From positions 9,364,001 through 9,428,000 of the forward strand of contig NC_087245.1 in assembly GCF_037042905.1 (NCBI RefSeq): DNA of 64,000 bases. Direction: 5' to 3'. The position numbers and the translations under genes were made by a program. Below are positions 44,349-55,000 of this stretch, in pieces. The notes beneath the pieces were generated by a model. That model searched no databases. It was given only the letters and a program-made list of their open reading frames with translations, and was not told the origin of the DNA. Source of the stretch: Lytechinus pictus (lineage: Eukaryota). Positions within the stretch are counted from its first letter, which is position 1. Each line of letters starts with the position of its first letter.

Positions 44349-45168
44349 CAGTGCGTCCCAGAAAAAACGAAACCGAGATTTAGCGATGATTTATCATAAC
44401 TTAATCACAAATACAATAGACAAATGACCTACCATTGTAAAGCTTAGAATCTCCTCTTTCATCTGAAATTACTTAGATTATTTCTCATTCACGCATGAGT
44501 GAGCAAAAACAATTTGAAGAGGGGATACCAAGAAGTCATTTGGCGGGGGGTATCTGGGTTTCAAAACGAAAACCACATTTCTAAAAAGTTCAATATCTAC
44601 TCTTTAATTTGATACCTCAATTACAGAAAATGGTCAAGAAATTAGAAAGTTCTGGTGATTTGAAAGAAGGCTTGAATTTCAATAATTTCATAAAATGAAG
44701 AGGTTTTACAGGCTAGCGTTCAAACTCACTCGACACTCCGTTTTGTTGACGATCAGCCATGCATGAAGTCTTTTGTTAACCATGCGATAGCTTCTGTGGG
44801 AAACCGGTGAAAACACGTTTATTTAATGAAATTATGGAAATACAAGCATTGTTTCGAGGGAACGTAACTTTTTTACTTCTTGACCATTTTTTGTGATTAA
44901 GGTATCAAATTAAAGAGCAGATATTGAACTTTTTAGGCATGTGATTTTCTTTTTAAAATTCAGATACCCCCAGCCAAATGAGTTTTTGGTATCCTTTCTT
45001 CAAATTGTTTTTGCTCACTCATGCGTGAATGAGGAATAATCTAAGTAATATCAGATGAAAGAGGAGATTCTAAGCTTTACATTGGTAGGTCATTTGTCTA
45101 TTGTATTTGTGATTAAGTTATGATAAATCATCGCTAAATCTCGGTTTCGTTTTTTCTGGGACGCACTG
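44349..45168. mobile_element. Tc1/mariner-type MITE, 820 bp, ~300-bp TIRs
   Basis: TA|CAGTGCGTCCCAGAAAAAACGAAACCGAG ... CTCGGTTTCGTTTTTTCTGGGACGCACTG|TA. The arms align over ~44349-44651 / 44865-45168. Confidence 0.93.
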
Positions 45169-45170
45169 TA

Positions 45171-45700
45171 TAGATCCATAAACTTTTTAAGTTATGATGC
45201 CAATTCAACAAATACCCCAACACGGCCAAAGTTCATTGACCCTAAATTACCTTTGATTTTGGTCATGTGACCTGAAACAAGCACAAGATTTTCAGGGATA
45301 CATGGTTACTCTTATGTCCCAAGTTTCCATGAACTAGATTTATAAACTTTTAAAGTTATGATGACAATTCCACAAATACCCCAAACATTATCAACGTTCG
45401 TTGACCCTAAATGACCTTTGACCTTGGTCATGTGACCTGAAAATCGCACAGGATGTTCAGGGATACATAATTGCTCTTATGCCTAAGTTTCATCAACTAG
45501 ATCCATAAAATTTCAGAGTTATGATGACGATTCAACAATTACCCCCAACATGGTCAAAGATCATTGACCCTAAATGACCTTTGACCTTGGTCATGTGACC
45601 TGAATCTCAGGAAGGATGTTCAGTAATACTTGATTACCCTTATGTCCAAGTTTCAGGAACTAGGTCCATATACTTTCTAAGTTATGATGACATTTCAAAA
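45171..45700. repeat. Tandem array of ~164-bp units (TGACCTTTGACCTTGGTCATGTGACCTGAA core)
   Basis: TTGACCC anchor at 45236, 45401 and 45564. The first unit (~44250) is split by the MITE. Confidence 0.9.
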
Positions 45701-46232
45701 ACTTAACCTTGGTTAAGATTTCAATATTGACGACGCCTCCGCCGCCGTCGCCGTCGGAAAAGCGGCGCCTATAGTCTCGCTCTGCTATGCAGGCGAGACA
45801 ATAAAACATGCAAAATCACCATTTTACTTCAAGATGGCCTTTGAGATAAGCTTTGTAGGTATGGATGTAACATTACCTAATTTTAAAGTTCAAACAAAAT
45901 TTATATAAAATAAAGAAACAGGACATGTTTAATCATTTTACCTTTTGACCCCTAGATGACCTTTGACCTCACCATCATCAATCACCACAAATGTAGTGTT
46001 ACGCAAGGATTATTTGTGACACGTTTGAACTCAATTGATGCATAAATAAAGAAATGAGAGCAAGTAAAACAAATTAACATTTTTGTATCAGACCAACACG
46101 AAAAGGGATTACTAGGTCTCTGCCAAACTTTGTTTGGGTGAGACAAAAATCTGTTCAGGTGAGACAAAAAGGTTATTACTTACAGAATGAAAACACAAAT
46201 TTTTTCATTTTATAGTCATAGCCTGCCAGGTA

Positions 46233-46238
46233 TTTATT
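46233..46238 (-). promoter_or_regulatory. Candidate distal polyadenylation signal of DNAJC13
   Basis: AATAAA on - with a downstream TTTGTGTTTT element (~46191-46200). It coincides with the left edge of the CpG-poor, strand-skewed region. Confidence 0.35.
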
Positions 46239-48363
46239 TTCATAATATACATTTCATAAATGTCTTTTAAACAATTTGTTACAGGCTATACAGAGCATGT
46301 ATGAATCACATCTTTATACTTCTTTATCATAATTTGTTTGCCATATCAAAGTTAGCCTACACAAAACACATAAAACAATGATAACACCTTAATTCGTATA
46401 AACATAAGAATAGAATTTACACAAAGAAGTGATCACATCAGTCGATAGAATTCAACGTCTACTAAAATATATTTCTATTGATTTTACATTTTTGGACAAT
46501 CTCATTATCATAACATTAGTACACATGTACTATGATCATTATACATTTGGAATTTCATTTACATAAAATTATATATCACATAGATATTTAAAATGAGAAA
46601 TTAAACATATACTGTTTACTTGACGCAACTGTTTACTAAACAAGTATCACCAGGCATATCCTAATAGACATAAAAATCAATTCCCATACATAACTGTATA
46701 TCGTGTACGATAAAATAAAATTCAGTCACTTTCTAGGAATGAAGATCACATACACATTGTTTAAATTCTCACCCTTCTCTTTATCTTCATAAGAAAGAAA
46801 CTCAATTGAATTACATTTAGCCAACTTTTTTACAAGCTCATCAATTCCAGAATATAATTTTGAATCATAAATAAACACGAAAGTTATATTATTTCAAACT
46901 CTTCAGGTGAAATAATATTTTGAAACAGATTTTTAAAAAATACCTCTCAGTATTTGTCAGTATCCCAGTTTTTCTGTCAAAGATGTAACTAAAAAACAAA
47001 ACACCTATGACACTTAGAAAATGAGGAACCTGAACATTAAAAAAAAATAAAAATAGATGAATATTAAAACAATGATGAACACAATAGGCAAAAAAACTTT
47101 CTATCATATCCCTTTCAAAAAGTGATTATTTTTGTATAAGGGGGTGTAAATTAATCAGTCACAAAGAAAATATATAAACCCTTCCATTGTGTTTTCGAAC
47201 ATGTTAAAAATGTCACATGGGCAATATGTATACAAGTATAAATATTCTTCACATTGCATTACACCACAAACACATTAACATTGCTGTAAACACAAAAACA
47301 TATACTTCATATAATGTAAGCCATTGTACAAGCATAATCCACTTATTTGCTGGAGTTTGTTTGTGATCTCTCGTAACATTCCTTGTGGCTAATTTTGTCA
47401 TTAAATGAGATAAAGGAAATAAATGTACAATGGGCATTTCTTCTGGAGGTCAATCGCTGGTCATTGATCATTCTTAATCTAACCCTCTAAGATAGGTATT
47501 TACTTACAAAATAGCATTCCAGTTAACTTTAAAGCTTCAATGGAATTCACGTTTTTTATTGTGACATGCATTATCAAGCCACGCCTCTATCCTTTCACGT
47601 ACTATGTTTCCATGATTAATGTTAATTCACAATATGTTACAAATTTGTGATTGACCATTCAGAATGCAATCAATTGAAATAAACAATGTTAGGGGAAAGG
47701 CAATCATACATTGATCATAGCAATCAATGCAATTGAAAGTACATTTCATTTTCTTGATAAGTAAAATGTCACATACATGTAATACATATAACATGATCAA
47801 TAAAGTCTATATAGCACAAAGGCAATCAGTAGTACTAGTAGTAACATATAGAAACTTATTTGAGAAAACAGAAACATAAATAGGCACTAAATTTAAAGCC
47901 ACATAGAAGAAGCAACAAACTAAAAGATAATCTTTTATATAAAAAATGAAAATATGAGGATGGAATGAACTCATATGATGGCAAATTAGGCAAATTGCAT
48001 AAATAATCTATCAATATTACCTTACCTGCTAACAAAGCTGTCTTTTTTAGTATGTTAAAATTTAGTATGAAGTCTATTTCCCATATTGTAAAATCTGGTT
48101 AAGGTTCAACTGTGGCCAAAGTCTGAGATAAAATTATGCATGCTAATGCTGTGTTAATAATATCAAAACTATATCAACACTGTTAGTGGGCTCTTTTTTG
48201 TTCATGATTTGGTGGTACAGAAAAGTATTGGATTCATTATTTAATACCAATTGTTTGCAATTTGAATGCAAAATGCATGCTAAAATAAACATCTACTGCA
48301 GTTATTCTGTAATAGAGAAATTTAATAAACATGAAAAGACAGTATTTTCCATGGTACCTTCAG

Positions 48364-48799
48364 TCAAAGATACTACAAGGGGAAGATCGGACACTTTTTT
48401 TTGAAATGCTCAATAAATGCCCACTAGCATTGTGTAAGTCAACCTTCACACATCGGCACGCTTCTGTGTATAAAAAAATATGGGGAAAATGAGAGAAGGG
48501 ATTTTGGAGAGGGCACAAGGGCGGCGCATGGGAATAATTTCACGTCTAATTACCAGGAACATCCACAATATATCTATCTCTAATTTCCTAGAAAAAAATT
48601 GACGAAAAAATTTCTAAAATGTAAAAATCGTCTATTCCTTCACCACTCCACCATTTCTCTCATGTTTTGTACACAAACATTTCGCGATACGCAAAGGTAG
48701 AAAAAGGTTTTTGCTTACTCAACGCTGTAGGGCGCTCTTCCTGAGCATTTCATTACGCGGTATATGTACTGTCCGATCTTCCCCTTGTAGTATCTTTGA
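48364..48799. mobile_element. MITE, 436 bp, perfect 30-bp TIR with target-site duplication
   Basis: TIR TCAAAGATACTACAAGGGGAAGATCGGACA. TTCAG is directly repeated at 48359-48363 and 48800-48804. Degenerate inverted similarity continues for about 130 bp. Superfamily uncertain. Confidence 0.9.
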
Positions 48800-48863
48800 T
48801 TCAGTTATTTAACCATTATAAGGCAAAGAAGAGTACCATTACACACATCAAAAAAACATTACA

Positions 48864-48993
48864 GGGCCCCATAACATGAAGTTAGCAATTGATCATTGTG
48901 CTGAATTCTATTGATTGTATTGATTATTTTGTGTATGATCAATCACAAAAATTAGCCCCCAGATCAGTCGCTAGGCTTTATTTAAACGGGACC
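48864..48993. mobile_element. Old degenerate MITE (PIF/Harbinger-like GGGCCC terminus)
   Basis: Left GGCCCCATAACATGAAGTTAGCAATTGATC versus reverse complement of right GGTCCCGTTTAAATAAAGCCTAGCGACTGATC. Confidence 0.5.
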
Positions 48994-49351
48994 ATGCAGA
49001 AGATATCTTTGACAAATATTGTACTTGTGTGACATCTTTGGTAACTCATTTATAGATGGTAAAGAAAACTTCATCTTCAAAGAGATCCACTCGCATTACA
49101 TTGTGATATGTCAGCAACACCTTAGCTACCTACATCCGATGTTGACCATTTCTGATAGCTCAATCAAATTTTATTTATAAAATCATCAAATTATTTTAAT
49201 GGACATGTATGAGAATGTTTATACTAAAGGATGAAATGTATCACTAGGACAAAACTGGTCATAAAATACATTAAGATCACCACAGGTGGTCTTTACACTA
49301 TGTGGTAAGTTAGGTGTAATCAAATTGTTGTAATACTTCAACTATCTTAAC

Positions 49352-49663
49352 AGCCCAAATTCACAAAGGTGGTTTTGAAAACCACCGGTTGAACCCATGG
49401 TTTATGCAGATTTTCTGTATAAAAATTACGCTTTATTTGTCGCGTATACTGAAAAGTGTCCAATGCTGATGTGCGCTTTAGTCACAGTGTACCATATTTA
49501 CGCCTGTTGCCATGGTTAAGTACGCTATTTTATTATGAGTTCACTGTTTTGAATTAATGATCCCACTCTTAATACAGTGGACTCATGAATAAAATAAGCG
49601 TAATTTATACAGAAAATCTGCATAAACCATGGGTTTACAAAACCACCTTTGTGAATTCGGGCC
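49352..49663. mobile_element. MITE with ~70-80-bp TIRs (PIF/Harbinger-like GGCCCGAATTCAC terminus)
   Basis: GCCC(A/G)AATTCACAAAGGTGGTTTTG and AACCCATGGTTTATGCAGATTTTCTGTATAAA are present inverted at both ends. Confidence 0.85.
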
Positions 49664-51991
49664 ATTTTGTTTGCTAAAGGAACCAAATGGTCTTTGTAAT
49701 TAACTGATAAACAAAATTAGAACTCAAAAAGGTTATGATAATATACATAAAGTCTATTGAAGGAATGACACGATAGCCATTTCTAATACTATTATCAGCA
49801 TGGGATGCATCTGACATAAGAAATCAAAAACATCCATCCCCCCCAAAAAAAAAAAATGAATGCCTTCCTAAATGTTATCATAATATATCATCATTTATGC
49901 ATTTACACATATGCTTTTCTTTCTATATATATATGTAGGCTTTAACTTATTTCTCTCTTAAGATAAACTTTTATGTACATTTTCTTTTTTTTACTAAAAA
50001 TAAAACATCTGCATTGAAAGGATAATGGTATATCTTTACTGCATATTTATGGAAAGTTTCTGTTTCCTTCCTATAAAGGAATAGGAGAGAACAGAGAGAA
50101 TTTGAAGATCCCTATGTATGGGGAAGAGTGCAAAAAAAATATTTGCAAATATTTGAGTCATTGCAAATTTAGGTTTTTTCTTTTATTGTACTTCTTATCA
50201 TTCCCTTTTCATATCAAGTTCCATGTTTTACCTAAATTGATTAACAACCCAAATTCCACATGTTGTAGTTTGACTCAATAGACTCTGGTACCTATAAATA
50301 AACACAGACATAAATATCTCTACATAGCAAACCATTGTTTATCCATGCAGTTTGATTCTGCAAATAAGAGAAATAAATTGACAACAGAATGAAATTCCTT
50401 GTATTTTCTATTACTATTGGCATTCAGGTTTATCACATATTGCTTAAATAATGTAACATAACATAAAGTTCATTAGCGAATGTTGTAAATCAAGTCATAT
50501 GTAATATTGTCTAAATCAATCTTACATTATTTACTCTGCCTCTAAACAAATAACAAGACAATACAAAGATGAAAACTGTTTTGGCACCCATGTCCAAATG
50601 ATATATCAATTAGACAACACCCAAACTGTTGTCGGTAACATAATCATAAAAACAAGCCATGTCCTTTTTGTGATTCAAACAAAATTAAAGAGTAAATTCA
50701 CCTTTCTCATTGAACTATGGAAATAAGAAATAACAGGTAATAAACAATGCATTGTCATCACTTATTGAACATATCATTGCACAATATTCAATAACTGCAC
50801 ATTTCCAGTCCATGTGTAATACAGTAGTCTTTCCCGTGGAAGAGAGTCAACATCATGTTTTACATTAGAAATAAATTTATTGCCTTGGAAACAGTAAAGT
50901 TAACTTTCATAGGGATAATTATCAAAGCTCATACCAATGACTGGAATAAAAGCAAACTTTTTCTTCAGAAAAGGGTAATCTTAAGACGTAATTTGGATAC
51001 TTTGGATAAGTCAAAATAAACAGAAAACACAATAAGATAAACCCTTCATAACTTAGAAGCTTCAAAATGCAATTTCACCAATGAGAATGCTGAGAAAAAA
51101 GCCTGAAAAACTTTGTTTGCAAATAACTTCAATACGACACAATGCCTTTTTTATTTCTTCATAAGTATACAATGACGGCTAGCTGAGCATTTACAAAGAT
51201 GAGTTCAAAGTAAATTAATAGTACACAATTGACTGTTGACATGGAATAAACATACAGGAATGTGAAAAATGAATTTGATTATTCAAGGCTTGATGTATCT
51301 ATCGCAAAACACTTAATATGGACTTCATGAATTCATCACATAAAGCCCATGTGTTTGAATAATTACAAATTGGAAGAATTCGGGAATTTTAAGAGATTGA
51401 AGGTCTTCCCTTCTGTGTAGCATTTCTATTGTAAAATGTGAATAGGAGCTTCATAAAGATGGGTTTATGTTATGACTATTTAAATCATTCAGTGAGGACT
51501 TCTCTTAATGGAAATTGAGTACATAAATTCATAATATACATGAGACGAATTACTCACGGGATGAAATTTAGAGTAACAACAAAGACATAACTGCAGCCTA
51601 CACGTAGATTATAGGCTAGAGGACAAGGAGCATGTTCTCCAAATGTGATGATTATAATTGAGTTGTAACAATGAGGGCAGATACAGCAACCATCTTGATA
51701 TTTCCTGCTTTGCTATAACTGGGTTTCTCTGCTTCGAAATATGAAGACTATAAAATGCTGTGTGATGCATAAAGAATCACATCGTCATTGTTAGCAATCA
51801 CCCTTGACTCATTCTCTTGTGAATCTATTGATATAAAGAATGTTATCACTTCTCACTTCTCTAAGTCACCATCCTGATGAAGATAGCAAGGATAAGATCA
51901 AACACCATTCTGCATTGACATCCTGAACTCCCATCTCTGATCATCTGGACCACGCCCTGATCCCTGCATGTTCCTCTGATACTACTATGAC

Positions 51992-52089
51992 CTACTTGAT
52001 CTGATTATCATGGGTGGTATCTACTGGGGGAGGGGCGGTTGAGACAGTGGATGTTGTTCCCTGTGTTAGGTAACCCGCTACTCCAGGAC
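51992..52089 (-). CDS. DNAJC13: DNAJC13 last coding exon ([11 protein letters not shown]...[14 protein letters not shown])
   Basis: TTCTCTTACAG acceptor, phase 1, TAG stop at 51994-51992. Confidence 0.92.
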
Positions 52090-55000
52090 CTGTAAGAGAA
52101 CAAAATGAATGACATGGTGAGTGCTGATGCTCATTTTACTGTCCAAAACACTATCATTTGAAATACATCATAAAAGTATATTTTAACCACAATTTAAGTT
52201 TGAATTTTCAGAAAATAAAATGTCCATCAAAATCAATAAGAAACATGTTGGCTTTTCAGACTACATTTTCTCATCACTAAGTCACATAAAGCCATATGAA
52301 AAACCTCCACGATAATTGCAATATCTCAGAATTACATTAACATCTACAGAAAGATGAGTATCGTTACACAGCATCATCTTACCTGTTAGGTAGCCAGATA
52401 CTTGGTTATCACTCAAGAATAGATCATGCCTTTGTTCTTTGTAAGTAGCCCAAACTGATGATTTATCAAGTAGAGTATTTATCTGGTAAAAAAAAGAATG
52501 ACACAAATCTTATCAAATCAATGCAAAATTGTCCTAATGATATTAAAGATGTTTGCAGGTGATCATTCTGTGCATTTGAATGATTTATTATCAGACAACA
52601 TTACATCATTATCGTCATCATCATCAACATCATCATCATCATTATAATCACCACTACCATTGTCATGTATATTATCATCACTATCATAATTATTTTCAAC
52701 ATCATCTTTATCATCATCACTGTCATCATCATTACCATCACAACCATCATTATCACAGCCATCATAGTTGTCATCATTATCATCATCGTCATTATCATCA
52801 CAGTCATCATCGTCATCACCATCATCATCATCATTATCATCATCGTCGTAATCATCATCATCATCACCACTACTACCAGATCCATCCATCTTACCCTTTC
52901 TCCATGTTCCAAGCACAGTGCCATCGACTTGAGAGATTTAACAATTTGGGCTTTAGTTGCTGCAGCATTCTCTATGTTGTTCAAATTATCCTCAAGAAGG
53001 CTCAATAAGTACGGAATTAGGCCACAGCTCAACGCCTGGATGAAAGGTTGAAATATGTCAACTATGCAAATTTCATTCAGATTTAAGCAAAAACATCCTT
53101 ATAATGCATACATAAATCTTTACAAAGAGACATCAAAAAATCTTATTCACAGGAGTCAAAATAAGTATAGGTTAAATACATGTAATGATATATCTGATTA
53201 TTATTTCAAAAGAGTGGAGTAAAATGTCAATATCAGAGGTGCTTACAAACAACCATTTCAAGAAAATCTTACTGAAATTTGAAAAATACTTTACTTCAAT
53301 TCTTCTAGGCCTAGCTGAGTAAAGAAGCCCTGTGTTCTGTTTCCTGATACTTTTCATTGATGAAGAATCCTCAATATCTCTGAAAAATGTGCTGTTGCCC
53401 AATTACATGGCATGATTTCAGTAGCTTATTACAGCTTCTTTCAACTTAATATTGATAACAGGTTTTGTGAAAGAGGTTCCTCACCTGTTCAACAAGCTCT
53501 GGATGGTTCTTTTGAAACATCCTATGAAGGAGTTCACAAGCCAAGGCAGTGGTATCTGTTCTGAGTTTCATAGCCGTTAGGATGGGACCAACACAGTCTA
53601 TCTGGGCAAGACTTCGAACACAATTCTGGAAGCAAAAATCAATATAAAAATGTAATGGTTATCAAAATATTGTGAGTAGCTGTTTTAGTATTCCTACATT
53701 TAAATTCAATTGTACCTTGCAATGTTTTGAATGAACATTCAGCTTCATTTTACAATATACTAGAATGTCTTCAAATTACTTTTTTTCTCTGTCATGATAT
53801 TTTTCTGCCTTGCTTTCTAGTTCTCTTTGTGTCTAGATTATTGCTATATCTTACTAACATGTACATGTATATAACTTACATAATTGCAATGCCTGCTTTG
53901 TTTTTACAGGCAAATTTTAAGTGAAAGAAAAATAAATCCATATAATTCAGCAGGAATATCCATATCCAGTCATTTTTTTCCTCAACATTTCAAACAGCAT
54001 CATATTTATGACATTCTTTCAGTTAGTTATCTTTCGATAAATTTACACTAATCTACCTACCAATCTATTTATTTATTCATCCAACATGCAATCATGTATC
54101 TAACTAATTAATAAGCCATCTAGTATCTACAAATGTCCTATTATTTATTAATCTCTAAATCTACCCTACTTTTCACAAATCTATTCTTCTACCATGTAAA
54201 ACTAGATGATTTGATACTCACATCACTGTTTGATATACTGTGTATGACCATCAGACCACACTTTGGAATGGCATCATTCTTACTCCGGAGGCATTTAGTA
54301 ATGACAGGTAGATGACCAAGCTGAGGCATCTGATCTGCCATAACAGGCTGGGCAGTGAAGAAACACACTACACCAGTCGTAACCATCTCCAAAGTATCAC
54401 CCTGAAATGTCAAAGGTTAACAGAGGGCAAAGGTCAAAGTTGTAAAATTAAATGAAGAATTGGTGCTTAGGCACTGTGGGGGGGGGGTAGAGAGGAGGTA
54501 GATTGTCAAGCTGAGCCAACTGGTTTGCTATGGTAGACTAGGCAATGAAAATATACTACCAGTCGTAAGCATCTCCTTTATGTTATCCTAGGTCAAAGGT
54601 CAAAAGAGGGCACATGTCAGCATGAAATCACATGAAATTAATATAATGTGAGTCAGCAGGAGAGGAAGAGAGCAAGCAAATATTTAAGTATGAAATTCTG
54701 CAGGTGACGGAATTACACTTAAAGCATCAAAATCTCTATAATATCACCCTACACGTCATATGTCAAAAGTATTTAAAATCCTATCTGTTTTCTTCTTACT
54801 TTTGTTGAATATTTCAAGGTAATTTGATCTGTCCATACACCTACAAAAGCAAACATTATTTTTTTCTGTAATTCTTTCCCCATCCCTCTACGCCTCAGAA
54901 TAGTTTACTAGATAGATGACGCATCATGAATGCTGTGTTTATTATCATATGTCAACGCTTTGAAGTCATAGCCATAAAATTACTTCAATTGTAGCATACG

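Larger units (their letters stand above)
44120..45803 (-). mobile_element. Inner non-autonomous Helentron-type element with tandem core repeats
   Basis: Subterminal IRs GTCTCGCCTGC (44142-44152) / GCAGGCGAGAC (45789-45799), partial inner IR (45774-45785), GCC/GTC microsatellite (~45730-45756), about 4 tandem units of 163-165 bp, AACAAG terminus. Confidence 0.8.
44074..46170 (-). mobile_element. Outer non-autonomous Helentron-type (DINE-1/pearl/Tsp-like) element
   Basis: 11-bp subterminal inverted repeats GTCTCACCTGA (44099-44109) / TCAGGTGAGAC (46155-46165). Perfect 16-bp palindrome GTGGTTCATGAACCAC (44081-44096) next to an AACAAG terminus. A-run flanks. TGACCTTTGACC core motif at ~45957. 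Confidence 0.65.

Noticed and set aside
45171..45700. CRISPR-like regularly spaced repeats
   Set aside because: The whole ~164-bp unit is repeated with no unique spacers, there are no cas genes, and the context is eukaryotic.
52563..52894. Poly-Asp/His/Ile/Met ORFs (also 13893-14240 and 15396-15638)
   Set aside because: They are translations of trinucleotide microsatellites in intronic or intergenic DNA.
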